Shown: positions 52,776 through 64,000 of the stretch, piece after piece
Numbering within the stretch: the first letter of the stretch is position 1
Layout of the letters: every line of letters begins with the position of its first letter
From: Octopus bimaculoides
Taxonomy: Eukaryota
Assembly: GCF_001194135.2 (NCBI RefSeq)
Contig: NC_068981.1
Coordinates: 94,888,586 to 94,952,585 of the forward strand
Reading direction: 5' to 3'
DNA length: 64,000 nucleotides
Made by a program: the position numbers and the translations under genes
The notes under the pieces: model-generated
The model's database searches: none
Seen by the model: the letters and a program-made list of their open reading frames with translations, nothing else
Told to the model about the DNA's origin: nothing

Positions 52776-52978
52776 GTGGAATCACTTTTGTGTGGTGGCC
52801 AACTCGAGACACTATCATCAAACTGAGTAAATTTGAACAGTTTATTATGTTCTACAGTATACTCCGAGGTCTCTATACTTTTGGGCTGGTTCTGTTTTTT
52901 AGCCAAACTGACTTAACTCAATCACAGATGATGATTCCTTCCATCTTGACTTTTACAATCTTTGTAACTTTTATATTG
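52776..52978 (+). CDS. Divergent SLC9A-type Na+/H+ exchanger, coding exon 5
   Basis: Polypyrimidine acceptor and TTG|GTAAAT donor, 203 nt. IIKLSKFEQFIMFYSILRGLYTFGL..SILTFTIFVTFIL aligns with [38 protein letters not shown]. Confidence 0.9.
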
Positions 52979-54875
52979 GTAAATATATACATATTATTTC
53001 CTTTCTGGCTTTTATAATTTTTTTTCTTTGTATTCCTGTAATGAGCTTATTATATTGTGTTTTATAAAAAATTTTGAGTGCTAAGAGTTTTTGTTGAGGT
53101 AGATTGTTTAAGTCCCAGTTCACTGAGTAGATTATTAAATTCAGTTCAAATTCATTGCCAAGACTCTTTGTCTGTATATGGCAGTTTGGTTAAGAAGCTC
53201 ACTTTGTGACCATGTTGTTTTGGATTCAATCCCTCGGTGTGGCACCTTGAACAAATGTCTTTGTGTTTGTCCCTCCTCAATACCTGACAACCAGGGTTGA
53301 TTTGTTTGAGTTTTCATAACCTAGCAGTTAGACTAATAGAGCCTGGTAGAATAAGAACCAGACTTAAATAAGTACTAGGGTCAATTTCTTTGCTTAAACC
53401 CTCTAAGGTGGTACCCTAGCTTGGCCACAGTTTATTGACTGAAACAAATGAAGGGTAACAGATAATGTCTCAATTTGATTATCATATTATCTGTCATTAC
53501 TTTATCTACCTTTCTGCCTTTGCCTTTCTCTTTTAAACATGGACTATATTTACAGACAACCGAGTACAGATTGGGTGGTATACTCATCAGTCCACTCCCA
53601 ATACTAAATATGACTTCTTGAGAATTTCCCAATGTGCCTCTCCATACAGCACTATGGAAACTGTCTCACTTTCAGCCACCCAAGATGTCTGCAATCTGCC
53701 TTTTGTAGCTCTGCCTATGTAACAGAGACAATCTTTATGCTAAACTGCATCACCTTGTTTCTTGCTCTCTATTAGCTTGCACTTAATTTTATCTCTTAGA
53801 TTATCCAACATACAGACAACTGTCAACTCATTCCTTTCCATTCTGTTATTGTTTTGTGTGTTATTTATATTATATAAATGTTAGCAACTACTTTCCTATC
53901 GTATAATATAGTAAAGATGGAAAATTAAAGAAAATATAAGTTAATAGATTTAGTATTTGTACGTATAACATTGCTCTGAAAGAATGCTTAAATTGGTTTA
54001 TATTAAAGAGAACTTTAACCAGCTGCAACATAGAGTAAACTTATGCTAATTTAGTATGATAAATTATATTGACCACTGTACTTTTGTTATTATATTGTAA
54101 TATATGGACTCAAATAATGTCTTCTAGTTTAAAAGTTCCCTTGGCAACCACATGACTCTGCTTTCAGTCTGATTGACTCATGTATGGTTGTAGAGCCGAC
54201 AAGTGAGTGTGCCATCCTAAAATGTGCTGGGTTATGTATAAGTACAGCTCTTCTTTATTAAAAAAAGGCTGAAATGAGAAGTAGATCGAGTGGTATTAGC
54301 TATATATTTTTATACCAAGCTGAACTTTGCTTTTCATTCCTTGACATAGATGAAATAAGCACCTTCCAAAAGTACAGGGGTCAATATAACTGTCTAAAAC
54401 CTGTGGAGATGGTTACCTGACATGGCAACTAAACCATATGCTGAAATCAGTGTAAATATAGAAGGAAATAATCTAGGCATAAGCACCTTATAGAATGTTG
54501 TCAATGTACAGAAACAGCCAACTAAAATTATAAAATCCCTATACAGTATATGAATGTTACAATGAAAGTGCATAAATAAAGTTTGTGGTTTTTGTATGAT
54601 TACTTGTCTTTGAATTTTGTTTGCTATTATTTCCACATTATGAAATGAACCATTGCATTTAACATAATGAAATTAACTGTAAAATGCTTAATCTTCCATT
54701 TGTAAATAGAAGTTAATGCTTCTGTAAGGTCAATATCCTTGTCTTTTCTGCATCTTGGATTATTTTAAAAAGAGACTTTTTATTTTCAAAATGGAATTAA
54801 ATTTTTCTACTTCAAAATAGCATATTTCACAGCATGTTTCAATTTCTTTGACACTTCATAATGTATTTCTTGCAG

Positions 54876-54956
54876 AGTTTGTCTTTTAAGCCCATGTTAA
54901 ACAGTATTAAGAGACCTAAGTCAGATATCATATCAGTAGAAAAAAATGAAAACCAT
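54876..54956 (+). CDS. Divergent SLC9A-type Na+/H+ exchanger, coding exon 6 (end of TM domain, start of tail)
   Basis: TATTTCTTGCAG acceptor and CAT|GTGAGT donor. SLSFKPMLNSIKRPKSDIISVEKNENH aligns with [28 protein letters not shown]. Confidence 0.8.
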
Positions 54957-55264
54957 GTGAGTAGAAATTTTTTTTTCTTTTTCATATGTTCAAAGATTCA
55001 AAATTTTATTGGCATCCATTCCTAATATTCAGTAGATTTCATGTTCTGCTTCTGATGTACTTGCTTACTATATATGCATTGTTCATTATCCAGAAACTTT
55101 TATTTTTGTAATGTGTATTGAAAAATGTGTGTGTATGTATATTTTCTTGTGTATGTATTTATATATATATGTGTGTCTGTTTGTGTATATATGTGTGTGT
55201 GTGTGTATTTATGCATAAACTTTATATGATAGCCAACTATGTTCCCTGTACTAGCTGGTTTGAG

Positions 55265-55335
55265 GTCAAGTACCTAAACAGTTTTTGGAACTGAAGCTAC
55301 ATCAAAAGAAGATTACAATCACTGTTTTATGGTTG
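55265..55335 (+). other. Candidate coding exon 7A of the NHE-like gene (in-frame TGA at 55292-55294, or a 1-bp frameshift in a T5 run)
   Basis: 71 nt between a weak AG and a strong GTAAGG donor. Removing one T at 55282-55286 gives VKYLNSF-GTEATSKEDYNHCFMV, loosely like NHE GIEDISGQIGHNY. Confidence 0.3.
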
Positions 55336-56419
55336 GTAAGGAGAATCAACTGTTCCTATTTTTTTAAATACTGGCAAAACCATTATACCAGGAAAGTTAC
55401 CTGAAAATTGGCATTGGTCAATCAGAAATTACTAATTTCTCTCCATGTCAACCCTGAATCACATATCTCACAGTTAACTTAGACCTGTGCTGCAAAACTC
55501 TACCTTAATTGTTTTCCAAGCATCTTGATAAATAACTTAGTGGTTTGGGTGTTAGTCACATGATCGTAAGATTGTGATTTTGATTCCTGGACCAAGCGAT
55601 GTGTTGTGTCCTTGAACAAAAAACTTCATTTCACATTGCTTCAGTCCACTCAGCTGGCAAAAATGAATAATCCCACAAAGAACTGGCATCCCATCCAGAA
55701 AGGAGTCTATGCACCACAAAAATCCGAGAAACCAGCCTTATTGGGAAAGATCTTTATACTTTATATATATCTATGATAATAACTTACTGCAAAACGAGGT
55801 CTTCAAAGTACCTTCAAAGAATTTATCAGTTTTGAGACTCCAGAATTTTTTTCTCCCAAAACAAATAGATTTGTTTCTTGTTAGCAAAAAATTGTAGAAG
55901 CTAATGGTTAGTCTATCAACTACTAAAATTTATTCTGAACTTGAAATATTTTTTTTTTCAAGTTGATGGTTAAAAAACAAAAAAAAAACAATTATTTTTG
56001 CACCAACCTGATGAATGTGTGTGTATGCATAGATATGTGGGTGATGACATGGTTTTAGTATTAAAGTGTACCCTTCAAAACCACATTTCTCCAAGTTCAC
56101 AGCATTATTCTACACTATGGGTAAATGTCTTATAACCTGAGGATTGACCAGTAGAATCAGTTAGATATAATCTATGCATTCATTCATAGACATACACATG
56201 TATGTGTGTGTGTGTGTGACTGGCCCTTGTGCCAGTGGCACATAAAACCACCCACTACACTCTCGGAGTGGTTTGCATTAGGAAGGGCATCCAGCTGTAG
56301 AAACTCTGCCAGATCAGATTGGAGCCTGGTGCAGCCTTCTGGCTTGCCAGTCCTCAGTCAAATCATCCAACCCATGCTAGCATGGAAAGCGGACGTTAAA
56401 CGATGAGGATGATGATGAT

Positions 56420-56466
<47 letters not shown>

Positions 56467-57859
56467 TTATTGGTTTGACTATGACTCTTAACAGCTTATG
56501 CAACTAGATAGTTGAATATGTTGGTAAATCTTGTTAGTGAATTTGGTTGATGGAAGCTGAAAGAACTTGTGTGTGGGTGTGTTTACTGTTGTGTTCTGTG
56601 TAAGTTGCCCACTACAAGTAGTGTTGTTGTTGTCACTTCTGTCAACAAATTTGCTGCTGACATCATACTTTCAGTGACTTGTGAAATGAAGAGATCCCTT
56701 ACTTGAAAAACAGGTAAAAGTTAGCAACTTGTGTTCTTATATTATGGACTCTCCCATTGTTAGATAATGTGTGAAGGTTCAGCAATTTCTTGCCAAACAA
56801 CCACACAGATGATTTGTTTATAGTGATTAAATGTTTGTGTACACATAAGCTCACTCACTCTGTCAAATCAACATTACCTGAACAGGTGCACTGTGTGCCA
56901 CATGTCAGATGACGAAATGATTGCAGAGAAACATGAAATGAAGTTGAGCTTTGCTCAAGAACACAACGAAACGCCCTGTCTGGGAATTAAACCCACGATC
57001 TCGCAATCTTGAGTGCAACACCCTAACCACTAAGCCATATGCCGTCTTATATATATGTAATGCATACTTGCTTCAGCAAGCATGATATGATACCCAGTGT
57101 CAGGCAACAGAGGCTTACAGCATACAGGAGAATTGGGATTTTGTTCAATAAAACATGCTGAGGGCTGATGATCACATTTGTGGCTGCTACAATGCTTCTC
57201 CTGGATGCATAGCAACTTGCTGGTGGTATAATAGTCATTAAGTCCATAAAAGCTGGGAGACAGGCCTGAAGAGACTGGAAGAATGTGGCAGCAGAGAAAA
57301 ATACCAAATAGCTAGAAGTTATACTTCAGGTATATACTGCAAGGGAAAATGCTGGGAAAAAGAGGTTTACACGTATTCTGTGATGTGTGGATCAGAAGTG
57401 AGAAATGTCCCCGATTGCTAGACAGTTTACATGGGAGAATCCAGCTGTATTGAGAAGTGTTTAGAGAATGATAATGACACACTTGCTCTTAAAAATAATA
57501 AAAAAGAAAGAGGCAAGGAAGTGATACTATGAGAAGATACTGAAAGTGGAGAATGTGTGAGGAAGGGTGTCTACACCCAAAGATTCAACAGAAGTATAAG
57601 CCATGACTGTTGTATAATGAAGTGACAAGTACTCTAAGTGAATTGGGCTTGTGTAAGAGAAATATTTGGTACAAAGTGAAGAAGACTGTTCTTAAGATGT
57701 TGCATCTCATATGAAGGAGATGGTAAAGGACCATTATGATAAGTGATACATGATGCTAAGAATTCGACCACTCATTCAAGCATGGTGAAACACAGTAAAA
57801 TTTTGGTTGTGACAGAGGCTGGCATCAGCATCATCTTTTTGCAAGGTTAATTCTGGCCC

Positions 57860-58047
57860 TTCAATTCTAGACCTTGCTTCCATATCTGGAACTTCTTCTC
57901 TAGTTCTGGTAGTGATTCAGCTATAAGAGCAAGGTCATCAGCATAGAGAAGCTCCCAGGGGCAGCCTGTCTTAAATTCCTCTGTTATTGCCTGAAGGATT
58001 ATGATGAACATGAGGGGCTGAGGACTGATCCTTGGTGAACCCTTACT
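57860..58047 (-). mobile_element. RTE-clade RT fragment
   Basis: Nearly the same sequence as 14640-14800 (QGSVLSPL..CPWELLYADDLAL). Confidence 0.88.
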
Positions 58048-58200
58048 TGTACCCTTTCAGTTTCCATCTACCAAATCCACTCTCAAGGCTTTGGTTGGCC
58101 TGAGGCTATAGTAGAAAACACTTGCCCAAGGTGCCATGCAGTGAGACTGAACCCAGAACCATGTTGCTGGGAAGCAAACTTACCACAAAGCCACTTGTGT
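58048..58200 (-). mobile_element. tRNA-derived SINE (family A), reverse
   Basis: TTTCAGTTTCCATCTACCAAATCCAC..CTTACCACAAAGCCAC. Confidence 0.85.
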
Positions 58201-59169
58201 ACCTATATATATATATAGAGAGAGAGAGAGACAGGCAGACAGACAGATAGATAGATAGATATACATTATGTATATATACATATTGTTCATATTTTATTTT
58301 CCCCCTTATCTATTTAATCAGTTGTGGAATTAATTTCATGTTAATGTAAGTGGGCAACTATAATTATTTAATATCAGTTTGTTTTTCTATTGTATGTGTA
58401 TTGTAAAGGTCATGTGCCAGTCAGTATCAGACTATTATTGTTAAGTTGAATGCTCTAGAAAGTTTCAAATATTTCAGCAATAATCAAGAATATTAAGATA
58501 CAGTCTTGCTAACTAACTGCATTAGTCTGTTTTTTTACTGCTTTACAAATATTGGATTACTGCAAGGTTTTTAGCTCTAAATTTTGTTTCCTGGTTGAAA
58601 ATTTTCCTGAATCTCAAAGTCATTTGTGTTGCTGATTTTGTTCCATTTTGCCTTTCATATCCATTTTGGTTGGGTAACTCAGTTATCTTGCAACAAAGTC
58701 TTTAGCTATGAATTTGATCCTGGTTCAGACATTTTTTGAACCTACTTTGTCATTTATTTGTATCTCTCATTTGCTTCTTTTTGTCATGGATTTGATTGAC
58801 ATTAATGATTCCATTAAACTTCTGAGGCAAGCTCTTGTCAATCAAGCTTTTCACTTCAGTGAACTAGTACTCTGTATATAATATATACTAGAAGGAAAGT
58901 AATGTCTTATCGCCTAATACATCATGCGCACCTGCATGTTACAACCTGCCTAGTCAATAGATATTATATAGTGTCATACGTAGTAGTAGTAGTTTTTGTT
59001 GATGATGATGAACAAATGTACTGTTTTAGTGAATTGTCAGTGTAAATTCTTCATTAAATATTAGCAAAGTATATCTCTTTACGTACAAATACCACCCAAC
59101 ACTTGGTTACATACACAGTTCATCTCCCCCTCCTGACTATTGATAGTAACATGAGCTAATTTCCTTTAC

Positions 59170-59470
59170 TAATATTCTTTGTCTGCTGCTGCTGATATGG
59201 TAACTACCTCTACTTCTACTACTACTGCTGCTAATATGGTGACTACTACTACTTCTATTGCTGCTGTTAATCTGGTGTCTACTACTACTGCTGCTGATAC
59301 TACAACTACACTCTTCTCTTTTGTCTTTCCCCTTGTGTCTTCTTTCTTCTGTCTTTTCTCTCCTCATTCACCCTTCTTCCCTCTCTCTCTGTTTCTCTCA
59401 TTTTCTTTTCTCTTTCCCTTGTCTTGTCTCCTTTTACTTCTCTTTTCTCTGTTGCTTCATTATTCCTTTT
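59170..59470. repeat. Low-complexity tract: degenerate (CTG/CTA)n units, then a CT-rich stretch
   Basis: Repeated CTGCTGCT.ATATGGT.ACTAC units followed by about 160 nt that are almost all C/T. Confidence 0.85.
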
Positions 59471-60373
59471 TAGCCAAAATTGCCAGACCAAATTGGTTTG
59501 TTTCTCTTAGGGTTTGAGTTCAATCTCGACTAGGTTGTCTTGGATCCTCATCTCATTTGAAAGACTTTTTCATCCTTGTATAGACTCTTAATCTGTATAT
59601 TGACTCTTCAACTACAACTGTGCCATGTACATAATGGAAGAAACATGATGTCTTATAACCTACAGTATACTACTGTCAGCTTGGTAAACTGTATAATCCA
59701 TTCCCAGAAATTGGCCTCATATTTAAGTCAAAATAAATCATCTTTATTATGCTGTTTGTCAACTCACCAAATGATCTGTGGTATGGGACATTTTAGCTGT
59801 GATCATCCAGTTTTTATCTCTCAAACATAGTGCATACAGGATGACAATAAGGGAAACATGGCCGTTGTCTTTAGCAGGTTGCACTACCACAGTCTCTTTT
59901 GTTGACATGTCATTGTTATTATCAGTTTTAAGTTGATAAATCAGTGCTAGTAGTAAACCCAATTCTTTAAGATATTTATTTAGCCCAGAGTCTTGCTGTT
60001 CCTGGTGAAATGATTTTTTAAAAACTTTTAATCTTCTCTAGGTCACTTCAGTAAATTATATACCTACTAATTTATGAAAATATGTTGAGCCTTGCTGGAA
60101 TATATCATTACCTTGACTAAAATATATATACCACAATTATTGGTAAATGTTGTATTAGCCAACTTTTTTTCTAATTCTCAATAAGAACCACTTATTTTCC
60201 TATACATTTAGGAAAGTCATAGATATTGCACATTTTAGCACACACACACACACACACAAGTATATGAGACATATCTAAGTAAGAAACCATTATTAATGAC
60301 AAGGTTTGTACAGACTACTGAGTTAGTGACAATATAATGTTTAGTTTTATCATTTTTACTTCTTTTATGCTAG

Positions 60374-60409
60374 ATTTTACATCACATCACTTCTACTTTA
60401 ATGGAATAA
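60374..60409 (+). other. Candidate terminal exon 7B of the NHE-like gene (ILHHITSTLME-stop)
   Basis: Good acceptor TTTTTACTTCTTTTATGCTAG. The phase-0 translation resembles NHE1 FLDHLLTGIED and stops at TAA 60407-60409. Confidence 0.3.
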
Positions 60410-62109
60410 ACAGCAGTAATATACCTTTTCATCTTTTCCTTCAAGAAGTAACTCTAATTAAAGAAGAAAATGCTAGTGTAATGAGTTGGTTGTTTTGTCC
60501 CTACTTTGTAAGTTCAAATTCTGCTGAATCAACTGCACCAAGTAATTATTTCAAAGCTGCTTGTCTTTGCTAACATATTGATGTATTTTTCATTCTGATG
60601 CTCTACTAAGAAACAGATCAAAGTTGTTAAAAACGCTAAGCTTCACAAACCTCGATTTTACTTTTTCCTTCCTAACGACCCCTATGTTAATAACCATAAA
60701 TAAATTACATCCTAGTGGCTAGCTTTCCTTTCTAATGCCAGAAATACTTTAGCTCTAATCTTCTACAAAGTACAAGACCCACAATTGTGTACTGTTCCCA
60801 TATCTGGGATGGTGCTGCTGCTGCTACTCACATAAACATCCTAAACTGCACCCAAAAGTATAGATGCTTTTATATAATTAGTTTACAATAACAATTCTTT
60901 CATTTCAAATTCCAAAGAGATTAACTTTGATATTCATCCTCCTCTGTGTCAGCAAAATAAAGTAGTTGTACTCAACTCTATGAGCATGCTAGCGTAAGAT
61001 TTGGGTCTGGTAGGGATGATAAAAAGATTTATGTAGGATTTGGGTGTTCCATAAAAAAATAAGTTGAACATTTCAGCTTGCTACTTGTAGATAGGAAGTA
61101 GTAATACATTGTTGTTGACTCAGTTAACTGTACAGCCATTCACTAAGTTCATATGAAATGAGAACATAATGGTATTGATTTGAATGATAGCCTTTTTTTT
61201 TTTTTTTTTTTACTCTACCCTCAATTCATTCTCTGGTTTCTAAACAACTAATACAGACTAGTGTGTTGTAATACAGCTTTTCTTTATTTGACTGACACAT
61301 TAAAATATCGTTATCATTCCTTCTGATCTGATAAAATTATGTTGCATGATAACTATACCATGTGTATTTGAAGGATTTTTATAGATTTTTTTCTATTAGG
61401 GATAAACTCGTAAAAAATGGTGTTATGGACTCTTATTTTGTTTTGTAATCCTATGTTCTATAATGGTACCTGAGAAGTTATAATTGCGATGTATATATGC
61501 TGTTTTATATCTTGATGTTTGTGTCTGGTTAGATGAAATGGATGAATGAGTGAGTGAATATCCAACTAAATTTTGATTCTCAAATATTGGGATATTTGCT
61601 TATGTGCTCGTGCACAATTTTACATGTATGCCTACCCAGTTTTTGCTTATAATTCCATTATTGTTTTTAATTAAATGTTTAGAAATATTAAGTAGAAGGA
61701 AATAGTGTCTTGTTTGTATGGTGGTATCTGCTGACGTGAAATCATTGTACTAAATCATGAGATGAAATTGCATTGTTAGTCATAAATGTTGGGTTAACAA
61801 CATCATAGTTATTAAAAGCCAATTATATCATGTCTAGTAACTAGATCTAAATATTACCTTTCACATGGTTTCATACTCTAGGGATATTTTTCGTGTTGTC
61901 TTCAAGCAGATAACAGAACACAGCATCAGATTCACAGATGTCCTATCTTTTGTTGAAATTAAACATGGCCATCTCTCTTTGCTCTTCTGCCAACCTCATT
62001 CTCTAGCTATCATTAAACCTGATTCTTTATTACTTTGGCTGATACACTAATTTACACTGTTTACACCAATCAACCTTATTATTGCTATTCAAATAATCAA
62101 GCAGACTGT

Positions 62110-62330
62110 ATACTCTTTTACTTGTTTCAGTCCTTTGACTGCGGCCATGCTGGAGCACCGCCTTTAGTCAAATCAAATTGACCCCCAGGACTTATTCTTT
62201 GTAAGCCTAGTACTTATTCTATCGGTCTCTTTTGCCGAACCGCTAAGTTACGGGGACCTAAACACACCAGCATCGGTTGTCAAGCGATGTTGGGGGGACA
62301 AACACAGACACACAAACATATACACACACA
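62110..62330 (-). mobile_element. SINE 3' domain, reverse
   Basis: TTTTACTTGTTTCAGTC..GCGGCCATGCTGGAGCACCGCC..GAACCGCTAAGTTACGGGGAC, shared with 12120-12290 and 39480-39620. Confidence 0.85.
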
Positions 62331-62994
62331 TGCATATATATACTTTACTGCAAGATTTAGTCACTTTTTGTTTATTCATCATTCTGAAGTAACTCATGCC
62401 TCACCAAAATATTGTCTCAGTCCACCTTGTGTAATACTGTTCTAGAACATGTAACATCTAAATTTTACATGTTGGAACATCATCATCATCATCATCATCG
62501 TTTAACGTCCGTTTTCCATGCTGGCATCGGCTGGATGGTTTGACTGGGGACAGGCAAGCCAGGAGGCTGCACCAGACTCCAATCTGATCTGGCAATGTTT
62601 CTACAGCTGGATGCCCTTCCTAATACTAACCACTCCGAGAGTGTAGTGAGTGCTTTTTACATGCCACCGGCACGGGAGCCAGTTAGGCGGCACTGACATC
62701 AGCCATATTTGGATAGTGCTTTTTACATACTACCAGCACAGAAGCCAGTCGGGACGGGGGTGGCTGGCATTGTATAAAATTTCCCCTCTTATTGTAAATA
62801 ATTTGGTGCTACTGTGGAACAAACTGTCATGCATAGTATTTTTATTTATATTTTTAATTACACTATTTCTTAATTTTTTGTTAATGACTCTCTTATTTAC
62901 TGCTCATCATACTTGATGAATTAACTGACTTACAACAAAGAAAAATCTACAAGATTTCAAACTGGCTTCAATATTATTACTCAGTGTTAAGAAG

Positions 62995-63410
62995 ACTGGC
63001 TGGTAGAATCATTAGCATGCCAGGCAAAATGCTTAGCAGTATTTCATCCATCTTTCCATTCTGAGTTCAAATACCACCAAGGTCAATTTTGTGTTTTATC
63101 CTTTTGGGATCTATAAATACTAGTTGTGTGCTGGGGTCGATTTAATTGACTTAGCCCCTCGCTCAAAATTTGAAACTAATTTTATTACTTAGTGGTAAGT
63201 TGGCAAGCTGGCAGAATTGTTAGCACGCCAGGCAAAATGCTTTGCAACATTTCGTTTGTCTTTATGTTCTGAGTTCAAATTCCACTGAGGTCGACTTTGC
63301 CTTTCATCCTTTCAGGGTTAATAAAATAAGTACCAGTTGAATACGGGGGTTGATTTAATTGATTTTTCCCTCACCCAAATTTGCTGGCCTTGTGCCAAAA
63401 TAAACCAATA
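62995..63410 (+). mobile_element. Two adjacent family-B SINE copies
   Basis: Two CTGG.AGAAT..TTAGCA.GCCAGGCAAAATGCTT heads at about 62997 and 63208. Confidence 0.85.
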
Positions 63411-63721
63411 TTAGTGTAAACCAGTAGTTCATAACTTAAGTGTTTCTTGGGGGGAATTGTGAGCTCACAAAGAACACTAAGTGTTTAGAGCGGTTAGGGT
63501 TTTTCTCAGAAATATTTAAACTAGGTATAATATGTTCAAAAAAAATTTTTTGTTGGTATTAGAATATAAATAAGGTATTACGTTATCATTAAAAAGAAAC
63601 ATGACTGCTAATGTGACAAGGTACTGTATATAACTCCTCACCTTCTTTGGTAATTTCCATAAAAATTTCGTACATTGGGCCTCACCGAGGCGATGACTAC
63701 GGACCGAGACCTTTGGAAATG

Positions 63722-63731
63722 NNNNNNNNNN
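63722..63731. other. Assembly gap (10 N) after an RTE 3'-region fragment
   Basis: Direct reading. The preceding CTCACCGAGGCGATGACT..GACCGAGACCTTTGG is the reverse complement of the RTE segment near 21380-21415. Confidence 0.9.
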
Positions 63732-64000
63732 AGAAAGTATAAGAAAATATCAATAATGAACCTTCTTCATTTGTTTTTACATCTATTTTTGCATGCTAAC
63801 ATGGACTAGATATGTAGATATATATCGTTCAGGGATTATTTTACTGTTGGATGCCCTTCCTGTTGCTAAACCTTGCCTGTTTATCAAGTAATGGGATGGC
63901 TTATTTCGCATGTCCTTGGAGGTGCAAAGCGGTCTGTTACCTGTTGACAGCAATGTCTCTACATTTAGTTGAGTGATTTTTCTAAAAGTATGAACAAACC

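Noticed and set aside
59137-59517. Several ORF-track entries (Ser/Thr-rich, Arg/Glu-rich, Leu/Phe-rich)
   Set aside because: Products of low-complexity triplet and CT tracts that lack stops on both strands.
59576-59830. ORF containing MICGMGHF, reminiscent of NHE DICGHYGH
   Set aside because: The motif is too far from the only plausible acceptor (59708), the remaining sequence has no NHE similarity, and the region looks like decayed LINE.
60948-61033. Possible exon INFDIHPPLCQQNKVVVLNSMSMLA with a GC|GTAAGA donor
   Set aside because: Needs a phase-1 upstream donor, which only the frameshift-corrected exon 7A would supply, and has no NHE-tail similarity. Left unresolved.

Overview
AT-rich, repeat-dense metazoan genomic DNA with three assembly gaps. 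The SINE/RTE/mariner repertoire points to an octopus or other coleoid cephalopod (inference). The main gene is a hand-assembled, plus-strand, highly divergent Na+/H+ exchanger of the SLC9A/NHE1-5 type. It has six coding exons with canonical splice sites (7045-7348, 38428-38843, 42767-43020, 50872-51098, 52776-52978, 54876-54956), about 495 open codons and a 31-kb first coding intron. It keeps the NHE fold motifs but has replaced several residues considered essential in NHE1: ND to ID, the conserved Arg pairing with the ESLL Glu to Thr, loss of PP/D172, and GGLRG to SILRG. Every continuation exon I could find stops within about 10-25 codons, so it may be a tail-less pseudo-transporter or altered-specificity transporter. 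A second, unidentified gene probably starts on the minus strand at the left edge (first coding exon 727-778), head-to-head with the NHE. The NHE introns hold at least six hammerhead-ribozyme-like motifs of the minimal Penelope/retrozyme type. Two sit in long fold-back hairpins (19696-19928, 34069-34215). The copies with intact cores lie antisense to the gene, while all three sense copies are disabled. The rest is SINEs, RTE/CR1/R4-like LINE fragments, Penelope endonuclease remnants, Tc1/mariner, pogo and Sola remnants, MITEs and microsatellites. No rRNA, true tRNA gene or CRISPR array was seen. Repeat boundaries are approximate unless a TIR or TSD is quoted.
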